A stretch of 64,000 bases of DNA from NCBI RefSeq assembly GCF_036321535.1, contig NC_087437.1, positions 120,406,001 through 120,470,000 of the forward strand, given 5' to 3'. The notes beneath the pieces are model-generated. The model ran no database searches. It had not been told where the DNA came from and saw only the letters and a list, made by a program, of their open reading frames with translations. This DNA comes from Camelus dromedarius. Its lineage: Eukaryota. Position 1 is the first letter of the stretch. Each line of letters begins with the position of its first letter. This document shows, piece by piece, positions 40,101 through 55,100 of this stretch. Both the position numbers and the translations under genes were made by a program.

Positions 40101-43100
40101 CTCCGCCTGCTGCTGTCATTCTGCAGTGTCAGAGAGGCTCCTGGGAGCCGTTCCCACACCGCTTACAATCTGCTGGCATGTTCGCCCGTAAACCCTGCCT
40201 CGCCAGGTTAGATAAGTTTCCACTGCAGAATGAGCACACTTTGTGAGGACAGCCAGTCATAGAAAAATCACTGGCAAAGCCTATGGTGACACAGTTTCAC
40301 TTCCAGCCAAATGCGCTGACCTCAGATCCACCAGGAGGGAAGCAGGAGCCCCCGCCTCCCCACGGCTCACCTGCGAGCGGAACTCCTGTTCTCGCCACTT
40401 GCTCAGAATCTCTCCCTTTACACTCAACCGCACTCTCAGGAAAGAAAGACTCCCAGCATCTTTCATTTCTCCCAACCTGTACCTGTGGTTAACTGGATAC
40501 CGTGGATAACAGACACCAAACTGCCCTGAATTAGGAAGACCTCCACATGACTAGACGCAAACATGCCCGGGGCACAGGAGCCACAACGCCTTCGGTGATC
40601 TCAAAATCTCTCTCCACAATCACCTCTGTTCTTCCCGAGTGTCACACACCACTCTGTCTCTGTGCATGGCAGGTGAAGGCCACGCTCTGGGGCACAGGTT
40701 CTCAAAGTAGCAAAGGAGGATCATCTTGCTGCCAGCAGACATTTGGCAACATCTGGAGACTTTCCTGGTTGTCACAGCTGGGGGTTGCTCCTGGCCTCTA
40801 GTGGGTAGAGTCCAGGCGTGTCTCTAAACCCCGACAATGCACAGAACACCCCTCCTGACAGAGAATTCTACTGCTGAGCTTGAGAAGCACTGCTCTAGGG
40901 ACATGAACTCAACGACACAGCACTGATCAAAGACCCACCGCCTCACAGGGCCTGTCCCTTAACCCAGGAGGCAAGGCTCACTGCCTCCTTGTTTCAGAGC
41001 AACTGCCACTCAGCTAAATTCAATGGTTTTCATGCCTTGTGCCAGGATCACCTAGAAGCCTGGTGGCACCACGTGCGGTACCATCCCAACTGCTAACCAA
41101 AAATACCCAGCACTTTCCCTCAAATCAATTATGAAATAGTACTACTTTCTCCTTCTGACGTAACAGTACGTCAGCAAAACACCCTCAGCCCAGCACCTGT
41201 TAGACTTGTCTGATGACAGACAGCCTCGGTTCTCTCTACAGTGCAAGTGTCCACGATGGGAGACAGCTTGCAGAGGACACGCCCCTTCCCAAGCCACCTG
41301 AGCGCTGTCCGCTGAGGGGTCTGATCCATAAGGGAAAAGGGGCAACACTAGCTGGTCATGACCTCGATCAGGTCACCAGTCCAGGGTGTCCTCCTAGGGC
41401 CTAGCTTATACTTGTCCCACATCTGTCCCTGAGTCCTAAATGCTTCCGTTCGGCTGTTGTCCTGAAAGCTGATTCGATGAATGATTCAGAGACAGAACCA
41501 AGATGAAATCACAGTGGTCAGTGCTCACACTGAAAATCAGCTCCCGCTCAGCCAGCCTCACCTTCCAGGAGGCCCGACCACAGTGCGAGGGTCCACACAG
41601 TCCCTGATGATCTCTCCTGGAGCTCAAACAACCAGCCACCTCCAGCGACAACAGAGATCCCCACACACAGAAAAGCTGGAACGTTCTGCAGACCTAGGGA
41701 AGAGCAGCTGCCAGAAGGTGAATGTGCGGCCACGCGGAAAAGGGTCTAGTGGTTCCTCAAAGATTAAACACAGAGCTGCCCCGTGACCCAGCACTTCCAC
41801 CGCCAAGCACACCCAGGGGCTGAGCACTCATGTTCACACGGAAACCTGCACACGAACGTTCACAGCAGCACTACCCCTAACAGCCAGAGAGCGGAAACAC
41901 CCAAATGCCCAAGCGCTGACACTTCACTCCAGGCTTGGACTAGGTGACAGAAGCCTGGCTAAATGTCACGGCACAGATCTGGCAACTTGCTCTCCCACAC
42001 ACAGACCCACCCACATCCAGGGCCGGGGCAGATGTTAACCATCATCTGGGGCCTGAGAGTCTTTTCTCAGAAGTCTTTTCCTGAGGGTCACAGACTCAAG
42101 AACACAAGGCTGGTCAGTGATGGAAGCAGAAGTGGACACTGGCCTCCATTCTCACACAGCCACCGCTCCCCGTGTCAGGGAGCGTGCATGGAGGAGGGGG
42201 ACGGGGAGCAGGAGAGAGCAGGGCGGGGAGCAGTGACACAAGGCCACTGACACAGAGCTGCTCTGCTACCAGCTCTGCGGGACTATCTCGTCCACGAAAG
42301 ATAAGCTGGATCCAGTCCTGCCGTGAATTATCAAAAATCAGTCGTGTTGATTCTATGATCATTACCTAATACCTCGTTTGAATGAATGAACTCAGAATTA
42401 AGGGGCAAGGAATGTAATTATGATTTTCAAATCACCAAAAAGCAGAAAAAGTAGTTAGAAAAATAGGTTTTCCACTTGCAAGCTAGGCAAGTTAATCTTC
42501 ACAGGGCTGTGATAACAATCTGCCATCTTCATTTAAGTTCCTTTTTGTCCACGTGTAACAGTCACTGAAAATAACTGCACCTCTATGTCAAACAATGCCT
42601 TGCCCACACAGCGTGCTGCCCGCCCCCCACAACTCAGAAACAGCCACAGCAGCGTGCCACGCGGTTACAGCAGGTAACACTACTCCACTCCGCAGACGAG
42701 GGAAGTAAAGTCCGGAGACTTTACATCCTGGGAAGTGGACTCTCTGGGCCTAAAAATCCAGACCCTTCATACCATATTAACCTATGATTAAGAACAGTGA
42801 CTATGGGTGAGTAAGAAATTTAACAACATCAATGTTTAAACAAATCCTTGACACCCAGTTTTTGCTTAGGATTCAGGAAATGGAGCGAGCTATACCTCTA
42901 TTCTTTAAAAGGGGCAGGGTAGATGATCTGAAAAAACACAACTCATCTTGAACACATCAGAGAACTGAGGCTGAAGACTGACCAACTGACACGAAAAATA
43001 AGGAAAGGAGGTGCTGTGAGCAGAGGTGTGAGGCAAGCGCCTGCTGGCCGGGGGCAGACGCTGGGTGCCACACAGGCCAGCAAGAAAGATTCAGTCAAAA

Positions 43101-46100
43101 GGTACAACAAACCACCAGACGGGCGACTGCCTGGGCAGACAAGCGGGCAGAGGGGCTGACTGCAAAGGGAAGACAGTGGGAGAAGGGGAGAGGTGGGAGA
43201 CACGATGGAGCCGCTCCACACCTTAACTGTGTGGTTACGTGACGAAATGCATTTGACAAAACCTGCAGAACCATAAAAAGGTGACGGAAAAATTGTGATA
43301 GGTTAATTTATTGTGTGTAAATTTTTTTTAAAAGAATCCTGTTTTAGAAGCAGAGGACCTGACAGCAACCGCGGTCTCTGCGGTAATGCCGCCTCCCTGT
43401 GGACTAGAGTCTTGGCATCCGGATATGTGAGTCCCCGAGGCCTCTGGGGAGCAGCGCTTTTATAGACCACCACTGCGGGGTGCAATCGTCCCAGCGAACG
43501 CATCACGTGTAAGGGGGAACTACAAGTGCCCACTTTCCGACTCTTCAGGGGGTTCCCACGTGAGCCCCTCCGGGCGGGGAGAAACAAAGCCAAGCTGCGC
43601 TCGTACACTGGGCAGCAGGCTGGCCTTACCCGCTGGCCACTGCCCCACCACTGCCCACCAGCTGGCCATGCAAGCAGCCCAAATCCCCAACTCAGCAGAA
43701 TGAAAAATCACACACATCACAGACCTTTGAGGTCACCTGCAAATAGTAGAAAATTGAATCATCAAATTTGCAAATACCTTCTACTAAAAAAAAAAGACCT
43801 TAAAGCAATTTTAAAAGGTAGAGCAATGGAAGCCTCCACCACTGAAGGTGCCACAGCAGAAGTATGGAAGGCCCTCCTGCAGAAGACTGACGTGCCAGCC
43901 AGGCTAAGCCAGGACCGGCCCAGGCACCACCTGGGTCTCAGCTTCTGCCCCAGAAGAACAGCGCCGATTTTTAAGGGATTAAGAAGAAACGGTCTACGCG
44001 GGATCCACTTCATTAGGGTTTCAGCAGATGAAGGACAACGCCACGAGGAAAAACAAAATTTCCTCTCTCCTTCACAGCAGAGTCAGCCCAAGAGCAGCAC
44101 AGGACACAGCAGAGACGAAAGAGCTACGTAGAAACGGCAGGCAGCCGCACGGAACAGCTCCACTGACTACAGAACAGCGAGCCCGACGCCCCCCGCGCTC
44201 GCCGCCTCCGGCTACGCTGGGACGGCAGCGTCACGTACTTGGCCACTTGGCTTTATCCTTTCAGCAGTTTTGCCAGAGAATTCTGTCTAACTATAACTAT
44301 AATTTTGGGGGGAACTTCACGAAAGAGACAACTCAGGGTTTTGGAATTCTTTAATTACAGTACCAAGACAGCAGCAAGAGCTTCACTTCGGCTCAGCATA
44401 AGGCTGTCACTTCAGCTAGACGGTACATGGGGATGGCTCCCGGTGACAAGTGGCTGAGCTTACAGCTCTGTCCTGACGCCGTCACGCAGGCGGAACAGAA
44501 CACGCAGGCTCACCCACTGTTTCCCAGGAGGAGTCCTTCTCACTCACCGACACTGATCAGAATCCCCGGGGTGCTGCCCCGCAACACACACTCCCGGTAC
44601 CTCTCCCAGACCCGCTGAGTCAGACTCGCCAGGGCAGGAGCCGGCTTGACAGCGTTCCTGAGAGGAGATCATGCGCACACACCCGCGACTGTGACCGCTG
44701 GTCTGCAGCACACTTCCGAAAGTCGCTACATTTGAAAAGAACTACTCACTTGTTACGATTCCAGCCAAAGCAAAAACAAACTGATTTTCGTCAGAATCCA
44801 GCTCCTTGACATCACCATCCAGTGACTTCACAAAACTCTCCATTGTTTGACCAGTGATGTTGAAAAACTTCAAAGCTTTATCCTGAAAGTTTAGAAATGA
44901 AAGTATTACACCCTTTCACAGATGCCAGTGGGAAAACACTTTCAAAGCGCAGGACACAGGAGACAGACTTCAGTTCTAACCAAAGAAGCAATATTTTTAA
45001 ATCCATTCCTTCATTAAAAGTTCCCATTGAAAAGATCAGAAGAAAGAAGTTTGGCGCACGTAGAAAAAGCACCCTGCAGACTGACAGAAAGAGTAAAATA
45101 AAAATACTTACAGGAAACAGCTCACATTTACACAATGACAGAAGTGCTGAGATGCATTCACCCAGATACACTAGAAAAATACGTTCTCTGCTCTAGGCAT
45201 GAACCCAGAGGTGTTCACACCTTTGGCAGAACTGTTTCTGAAACAAAGTCTTAACTGAAACCTCGATACGTAAAAGACTGTGAGCAGCTGCATCGGGCGG
45301 GTTAAGTGTTCATCCCTCGGCAAGAAGTATCTCCAAGTATGCAGAACCTTGAAAGCACTTCCTTGGGGGGCTGGGTTCTAAGGAACAGTTTGAAAACCAA
45401 TGCATTTGCAAATGGCACAAGGGAACTTCATGGACTGACATAAATGTTCTAAGACTGGACTGTGATACAAATATTCTAAGACACAACTCTACAAGTTAGC
45501 TAAAAACCACTAAATTGTATAGTTATAAATGAATGAATTTTATGGTATGTTAGTTATACCTCAATAAAGGTCAATAAACTTAAAAACACATTTAGCGTCT
45601 CCACCATTTTTACTTCTGCGAGTGACAAGTAACGCACCACTGGCCTCCGGCCAACCACCTTACTCCCGGTCAGGCCCCCCCGTCCTCCCAGAGTCAAAGC
45701 ACAGTTCTTTGGGGCTCCTGTTGTCCTCTCGGCTGCAGGGGCCACTCAGCCACCATTCTGGCCTCAACCACACAGCTCTCCCACTTCCCGGCCCCCAGTG
45801 CCTGGGGTGCTGCCCGGTCCCCTGGGCTGGCCTCCCGAGTAGTCCTCCTGTCCCGTCCCCACACCCACAGTGCCCCCTCCTCACTTCCTGTCAGGTTAAT
45901 CTCCCCACATTCTTCTCTTGTCCTGTCACTCTTTGACTCAAAACCCTTAAGGAATCCAGTCCTACCACCCACTGGATAAAATCATCAACCTGGCATTAAG
46001 GGCTTCCAAAACTACACTGCACCCTACCTTTTAAGCCTCATCTCCCTACGACTTTACCACACTAACCCTGCACTCTGTGTCAAATGGCCCATGAACTGTC

Positions 46101-49100
46101 CCTAGAACAAACTCCAGACTTCTCACTCCACGACTTTGACTCCGCTGTTTCTCTCCTCCTGAGTGACCTTCCTCATTTTCTCCACTGCTGCCTATTCAAG
46201 TTTACCAAGGTTCATTTCAAATCTCTCTTCGTCAGTGAAGCTCCCTGATGTGTGTGTGCACGCATGCTATCAACATGTGTATGTTAAATAACACGTAACA
46301 TTCAGTCAATTCAATACTACACTATCTATGGAATATGTACATTTATGTATTAAATGCACCTAAATGTCAAGAAATAATACTGAAGTAGAGCTACCTGCAC
46401 AAGTGCCACACTGATGCTGAGAGAGAATCTGGGATCTTACTGTATTCGGTTTACACATCCCCCAGAGCAGCAGGGCACAACCCTGCACGGCTGCTATTCC
46501 ACAACGATTCCATGAGCACAAGCAGCAGCTGCAGCCGCAGTGCCTCAGCAGCCGCGCGGTTACATGCGCACGGACCGATGACAGCCAGGCAGCAGGGCGC
46601 CTTACCCCCGCCAGGATGGCCTTGACCACCTCCTCGCTGCTGGACACGCCCCACAAGATGGTGCAGGCAGCTGCTCCCATCTCCGTGCAATACTCTGCCT
46701 GCTGCAGGAGCTGCTGCCTGGCTTCATTCAGCTGCTGTCGAAGAGCCAGTTTCTCCTGAAAGCAAAACAAAATAAAATCAGAAAAATAAATAGCATTCAA
46801 CCTCGAAATATCTCTACTGTGTTTCCTCTTTCCAAGATATTTTTAAAGAAAAGGAATACACACAGAATATAGAAAACGGTTGGTAAGTGAATACTAGCCC
46901 TTAGAGAGGCAAATTCCTTATTTTTTAAAAACTTCAGAGGCAAAAAGAACACTCATAGAAATGAACATAGTACTGCACTGGAGTTTATAAATACTGCCAA
47001 AGACTTGAATTCGTCTTCTTTCAAGTAAGACGAACAGTGAGGCACCTCAGATCCCAATGGCTACACCCAGGACCAGCACCAGCTAGCACACCTGAAGGAA
47101 GCGGTATCTACCAGAGCAACAGTTCTAATGAAGGAGCCTGCAGCCGCCAAGCGGCCCTGCACTGTGAAAGCGCCACGTGACAGCCAAGCCCAGGCAGGAA
47201 GACGGGAGCAGAGGCGGGGAGGGGGAGAAGGAAGGGCCCCCCAGGCGTGCCCTGACGCAGCGAGCTAAGCACCAGCGTAACAAGAACATGGAGGCCAGAT
47301 AAGACTTCTCAACCTCCCACCAGCAGCTTCTGAGAAGCAAGTCTCAGCCAGGGCTCCTCGCAAGGGAGCTGTCCTCCTGATGTCACCCTGACCAAGGGTC
47401 AGCTTCACGTGGGCCTCAGGTGACACGAGGCTTCTTACCCCTCCAAGCATCACCACCACCAGTTTCTCTCTTCCTTGCAGCCTGAAGTTCCCTTAAAACA
47501 GGAGAGCATTTCCTTACTTAACAACAGGTAAACTTAAAAACAGAAAAACCCAAAGTCATTTATACAGAAGTATAATTAGCTCAAGGGCCCACAGGGAGAG
47601 CCTATGCGGTTTCAGGTGTCCTTTCACAGAGGTGAGCGCAGGACAATTACAGCAGAGGGGCTTTTCGCCGAGGGCTAGAAACGCAGCAGCGGCCCACAGA
47701 TCAAACTCTGCTGACTCCATGGCTCGGCCCAGGGTGGCCCGCTCACGCCCACCCGGGGACAGTGCGTTTGGTGCACAGAGCTGCATACACATTCACACGT
47801 AGAGTCACATTTACTTTAGGAGAAAAGTGTCGCTGAGCCTGACTCATCCTAAAACTGCTTTATGCGATTTATAAACTCTGGGTTTTAATATCTGACTTCA
47901 TCAGAATAGCAGCCTGGTTCCAAGACTCACTCTTCAGTCACTCAGGCAATGGTGACACACGCAAAACTGTATCACAGCATTTCCTTTCAGAATTCCAGCT
48001 TTTCTCAGAACTGAAGTGGGCTGCATTCCAATTAGTCTGTTTATGGCGGTTTTTCCACTAGACCACAGGACTGTTGAGAATGACCATCAGAACTGCCTTC
48101 TATGGTCATATTTGGTGGTTGCAGACAGACATGGCCTGACACAGGGCTGCACAAACAGCACAATAATATCAAGAGAAACTTAAAAAAATTCCATAACATC
48201 AAAATTAAGAAAATACCTTGGAATAAATTTAAGAAAATTAGTTTAAGAAAATAATAAATAAAAATAATGCTTTACAGTAAAAACTATAAACATTATTAAG
48301 AAAAAGATCCAAATACATGGGAAGATAACACCATGTTCAGGGACTGAAAGACTCAGTATTGGTAAGATGGCAACTCTCCCCAAGTGGATCTATGGATTCA
48401 ATACCATCTCTATCAAAATTTAAGCAGGCTTTTTTGCACAAAAGTGATCATCTGATTCTAAAATTCACATGGAAATGAAAAAAAAAAAAAGCCTGAAAAA
48501 GAAAAACAATGTTAGAGGACTAACACCACCTATTTTCAAAGCGAACTTGTAATAAAGCTACAGGAATCAAACCAGTGCGGTACTGGCATGAGGATGGACA
48601 CAGAGATCAATGAAACACCGACATTTATGGCAATCAATTTGAACAAAGTTGCCAAGGCAATCCAATGGAAAAAGTAATCTGTTCAACAAAAGATGCTAAA
48701 ACAAAAACAAAAACAAAAAAGATGCTAAAATAACTAGATATTCAAATGTGGAAAAAATCAACTCAAAATCAATCACACACCTACATGTAAAGTTTCTAGG
48801 AGAAAATCTCTGTCATCTTGGGCCAGGCAAATATTTATCAGATAGACAGCACAGCAAAACCACAACCCACTACAAAATTGTAAATTGAACATCAAAATTT
48901 AAAACTTTCTTTCTTCAAAAGACACCAATCAGAAAGTGGAAAGCCATGGACTAAAAGAAAATATTTCTATATCTCAAAAAGGACTTGCCTGCAGAATATA
49001 TAAGGAACTCTTACAACTCGAAAAGAAAACAATCCAATTAAAAAGAGGCAAAAGAGCTAAATAAACACTTAGTAACCAAAGAAAATACATGAATGGATAA

Positions 49101-52100
49101 TAAACACATGAAAAGATGTTCAACAAAATTAGTTGAGAGGAAAATGCAAATTAAAACCACAAGATACCACTATAGCCACTATAATCTAAAAGACCAACAA
49201 CATCAAGTGCTCACAAGAATACGGAGAAAGCAGAACCATCACACATCGCTGGGTGGAGTGCAGAATGTACACTCACTGTGGCACACAGCTAGTAGCTTCT
49301 CAGAAAGTTAACCATATACTCACCATACGACCCAGCAATTCTACTCCTAGGTATCTCCCCCAAGAAAAATTAAAAAACATGTCCACACAAAGACTTGTAC
49401 ACAAATGTTCATAGCAGCATTTTTCACAATGGTCAAAAACTGCAAATAATCTAAATGTTCATCAGCTGGTAAACGGATAATGAAATGTGGTTTATCCATC
49501 CAATGGAGTATTACCCAGCAATGAAAAGGAACAGACAACCAATGTACGCTAACATGAACAAGCTTCCAAAACACTACACCAGACACAGAAGACTACACAG
49601 TGTACAGTTCCGTTTGTACAAAATATTCAAAAAAGGCAAATCTATAGAGACAGAAAGCAGATCAGTGGTTGCCTAAGGGCTGGGCAAGAGAACAAGGACT
49701 AACCGAAAACAGATACGTGATGGAAACATTCTAAAAATTGGTCAAGGAGGAAGCTATAGCCCAGTAGTAGGGCACATGCTTAGCATGCATGAGGTCCTGA
49801 GTTCAATCCCCAGTGCCTCCATTAAAATAAATAAATAAACCTAATTACCTACCCCACAAAACAAGCAAACAAACAAAACCTAAAAAGCAAACAAAAAAAA
49901 TCAGACAAAATCCAGCATTTACTCATGATAAAAATTCTCAACAAACTAGGAATAGAGAACTTCCTCAATTTGATGAAAAGCATCTACAAAAAACCTACAG
50001 CTAAAATCGTGTTTATGTTTATAGCACGGGAGGCGCATAAGGGGCAGAGAGCGTATGGGAAACCTCTGTACTTGCCACCCAGTTTTGCTATAAACTTAAA
50101 ACTTCTCTAAACAACAAAGCCTGTCTTTTTTTAAATCAAACCTAATGGTTGAAGACTGAGATGAAGACCAAGGCAAGAATGTCTGCTCTCACCACTCTTA
50201 TTTAACATAGTGCTGGAAGTTCCAAACTGTGTGATAAGGCAAGAGAAAGAAAGAAAAGCTATGCAGAGCATAAGGAAGAACAGAAGTGACCCTACATGCA
50301 GATGACATGATTGTCTATATTAAAAAACCTCAAGGAATTTACAAAAAAACTAGAAGTCATAAGTGAGTTCAGCCAGATCACAAGATAGAAGATCAACACG
50401 AAAAGCAATCTCATTTCACTATACTAAAAACAAAAAAGTAGAAACCAAAATTAAAAACACAACACGGTTTAAAATTGCTCCAAAGAAAATTAAATACTTG
50501 GGTAAAAACCTAACAAAACCTGTATGGAATCTGTATGCTGAAAATTACAAAGTGCTTATGAAAGAAATTAAAAACCTACACAAAACGAAAAGACATACTC
50601 TGTGTAGGGATCGAAAGACTCAACATAAGAAAGATATCAAATCTCCCCAAATGATCTCTATATAATGTAACACAATTCCTATCAAAATTCCAGCAAGAAT
50701 TTTTGTAGATACAGTTGAGGTTATAATTTTTTTATGGAAAAGGAACATGTGCAATTTTGAAAAAGAAGAATTAAATGGGAAGAATGACTTTGCCCGATGT
50801 GAAGGCTCACAGTGTGACCACAGCCATCAGCACAGAGAGGTCCTGGTGGAAGAGCAGACCCACGGCCCAGAACAGGCTCAGGTAAATACACCCACCTGAC
50901 TGCTGCAAAGGTGCACAAGCGATTAAACACGTGAAAGCGGCTTTTCAGCAAATGGCGCTGCAGCAACTGGACAACCACTGGCCCCCCCAAAAAAAAGAAC
51001 CACAACATTAGTTCCCACCTTACACAAAAATGTACTCAGAATGGAACACAAACGTGAAATGTAAATCTATAAAACTGTTAGGAAAAAAAACGGAGAGAAA
51101 CTTCAGGACCGAGGGTTAGGTGAAAAGTCCTCAGACATGACACACAGAGTACAGTCCATGGAAGCAAAGATCAACAAATTGGACTCCATTCAAATTTAAA
51201 ACTTCTGCTCTGAAAAATCCTGTGAAGAAGATGAAAACAAGCTGCAGAGCGGGAGAAAACAGGCGCAAATTGTATGCGCAGCAAAGGCCTTTTACCTGAA
51301 ATCTATCAAGAACTCTTTAAATTCAACAGTAAAAAAAAAAAATCCAATTAGAAAATGCGCAAGAGACACAGACAAGTATTTCACAGGAGAGAACGCACGG
51401 ACGGACGCAAAACAAGCTCCCAAAACACCCTTAGCCCACAGGGAGATGCAAATTAAAACCACAGCACATCCTTCAGGACAGCTGAACCAAAAAGCAGTGA
51501 CAACAGCAGATGCTAACCGGGATGCGGAGGAAGTGACCTCTCACCAGTGCTGGTGAGAATGTAAAAGGCTCCGGCCGCTCTGAAAAACAATTTGGTAATT
51601 CCTTATAAAACTGAACATGCACTTACCACACAACCCAGCGGTGGCACTCTCAGGCATTTATCCCAGAGAAACGAGAAAATGCACTCACACAACAACCAAT
51701 GCACAGATGCTCATGACACCTCTACTCATAGCAGCAAACAAAAATGGAAACAACCCAAATGTCCTTCAGTGGAAGAACTGGTGAACAGACTGTGATATTC
51801 CATGCCATGGAATACTACGCAACGATAAAATGGAACAAACTATTCATACACGCAACAACTTGGATGGATCTGAGTGAAAAAAGCCAGTATCAAAAGGTTC
51901 TATACTGAATTACTTCACTTTATGACATTCTTGAAATAACAAATTAGAGACACTAACGCGTGGGGAGCAGCAGTTGCCGGGAGGCAGGCGTGGGGAAGTG
52001 GGCGAGCGGGGCTGCACCGGGACACTGGTGGGGGCTTTGGGGAATGGAACAGCTCTGTGTCTTGAGCGTGCAAGTGACTTCATGAATCTATACACGTGAC

Positions 52101-55100
52101 AGAACCGCAAAGCACTCTGCGCATACACGTAAATGAGCACGTGCAAAACTGGCGAAATGCAAACAAGTCTAGGGAAGCTGGTGATGCCTTAGCAAGCCCT
52201 GTGGGCTGTGCCAGTGTCGGCTTCCTGCTTTACCGGGTTCTGTGGCTGTGAACGCGACCACTACTGGGGGAAACTGGGTAACAGGCACTAAGCCTCCCTG
52301 GACTTTTTGCAGTTTTCTGTGACTCTACAGTTATTTCAAAAAACAAATCTTAAAAAACAAACTGGATTGGGGGGATAGTAGTATAACTGCATAAATCTAC
52401 TAAGAATGATCAAACTATACTTTTACAATAGACAAATTTTATTGTATACAAAATATACCTCAATAAAGCTGTTTTTTAAAAAGGAAACAATAATCAAACC
52501 CTAATGTATTACCTAAAACAAATATTCATCATGACAGAGTATAAAGCACAAACTTTTCAAGATTCCTTCAAAATCCTTCTGGAGTTCATTTCTGATTTTA
52601 ACTGAACTATACTACCAGTTAATTTTTCTTTTAAAAGTTTCCTGAAATAATAAACAGGAAGTTGTTGCAAAGATTCTATATTATCACAAAAGTAGCAACT
52701 CCTTCCTAACAAATTCAACAAAAACTTTAACAATAAAAGTAGCAGTCAATATTTAAGCTAGATTATTGACTATGAAAGATGTTGTCCCAAGGAAACAACA
52801 GACGATGAAGCCACAGGCGAGCCCCAGAAACGCAGCTCCTCAGAGAGCACGGGGTGACGCTGCGCACCGTCCGTGACAAGTCCGCACACGGGAAAGCCCG
52901 GTCTGGCACTAAAAAGCCTGCCAGCAGAGGCTCTGTAGAAAGCCTCACCCAACCTCACGGTAACAGTACAGCCCTCAGAAGAAATTCAGGCATCCCCCAA
53001 CAGTTCCACTGGCCCGCTCTTCTCTCAAGTTCAAAGGTGCTACAGCCAGGACTCTCCTCCCCAAGCCCTTGGGTCGCATCAAGGCCCAGAGAGCCTCTTC
53101 CATGGATGGCATTCCATCACCACCAGGAGCCAGCTCAACAGAGGCATGACCCAAGCTTCCCTTGTCCCACAGACCAGTCCCTGGGGGTCAGGTGCTGCTT
53201 CTCGGCCAGCATGCTTCTTCATGACTTTGAGTCCACACTGTTTTCTGATTTTTCCTCACATGCTGGACTCAGTGACTTCTGCCTTCTCCCTAACGACTTG
53301 TACACAAACTGAAGTACTTAATAGCAATACTCGAGCTTGGGATCCAGTCTCTGGATTCTTTTCTGGTTCCTCAATTCTAAAATAAGCTTCCAGAGTCCAG
53401 CATCACGATCTGTGCACCTGGGCAGAGACCACAGAGCAGGCTACAGGAAAGGCCACTACCAGCTGTCCACAGCAGGAAGAGACAGGGCCTCGTCACAGCC
53501 AACTCGTAGGGGTGCCCACCTGTATTAAGTTGGTGGGACGATTAAACAGGAAACTTAACTGGAAATAGGAAATAATTTAACCTAAAATATTCCCTAAAAT
53601 ATTAACCTAACCTAAAATATAACCTAAAATATTAAAATAAATATTTTAATGCAGGTCGCGTGTCTGGGCAGAACACGCTGGTGACCTGGCACCGCTCTCC
53701 CACAGCCATTTTCTTCCTTCTGGCACTTTACCAGAATGGCTTATTTTTAAGCACTACATCTAAAATGCCAACAAAACATGCATTTTCCTATGCTTATCAA
53801 TTTAAAAATAGGAAATCTAAGATTCTGCCCAATTTAAGCTTCAACCTTAACGAGGATGTCTCCATTCTAAGGACGTACTAACCTCCTGGAGCGCATTGGT
53901 AACACTTATCAATTCCTTCAGACCACGAGACTTCTAAGTCCAGACAAATTAAGCATGTGTCCCTCTTAGTCTGTCATGATCTAAACAGAATACGGCAGAG
54001 CTGAAATTTCAGCTCTCGACATGTGACACTCAACCTAACTCAGTTTTGAGACTGACCCTCTTTCCCTCATCTTTTCTACTTGCTCAGCATTAAAATTTAT
54101 AAAAAAAAAAATCCACCAGTTTTGGAAACCCTCCCCTGCAGCCACAGACATTCAGAGCTCCTTCACGTGAGGAGGGGGTATGAAACAAAGCTTAGAACAC
54201 AGGCAGTGGGACCCTGGAGCAGCTACCTAACACTCCTGCAGGCGACCAGAACCGGCTGGCGCGGCTGTGCTGGGAGAGGCCCGGAGACGCAGGCCAGCAG
54301 CTGGCCACTGCAGCACCCAGCACACCGCACACGGGAGCCGCGGTTACTCATGCTACTGTTTCACTGTTCAGAAATAAAAATACACTCATACTCCAATTTT
54401 TACCAGAAGTGGCAGAACGGTTCTGAGAGAGCTGTTCTGAGAGAGTAAGGGAAGAGGGGCTAATGCTCTTCTAAGAGAAGAGGAAATACTTTATTCCATA
54501 CAAAAAAATGTGTAATTTTAAAGAAATATTATTAGTCTCCCCAAATATTAAAATAAAATATAATTGGTTATTTCTAAAATATCAGTACACGATCTCCTAA
54601 GTTAATTACAAATATTTCTATTTAATATATCTCCCTGATTATAAATCATTATGTGCATTATTTTTCCAAGATTCTTATTATACTATGAACTTTAACATAT
54701 GAATGGTCTTTTAAACATAAATATTAACGGTAACGATTTAAAATAATCTCCACATTAAATGGTTGCAAAATCCCTATGATCAACTGTTTTCCAACCCACA
54801 GAGATACGTGCACTTAAAAACGCTGATTCTGGAGGCCAAGGGCTAGACTGGCCAGCAGCACCCTGTGGACACGGCCACACGCTGGCCTTCCAGCAGCCGC
54901 CAGCGAGCCTCGTACCTTCTTCTCCCTCAGGCTGTCCGCCTGCACAGACTCCAGGCGGGCTTTGAAGTGCTCACAGTCCATCCTCAGTCGCTCTAATTCT
55001 TGCTCCTTCCTTTCCAGGTCTACAAGAAAGAGACATAAAAATACTCAGTATTTCAGATCACAGCTCTCCCCTAACATCCATTTTGCTTCATCTTCTCTTA

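Noticed and set aside
40371..40482. Cryptic minus-strand exon with strong donor CAG|gtgagc
   Set aside because: The acceptor lacks a polypyrimidine tract, both possible lengths (106, 112) shift the frame, and there is no homology support.
42114..42362. Protein-like [25 protein letters not shown]...
   Set aside because: No recognisable homology, weak splice signals, and the HSF2BP frame is complete without it.
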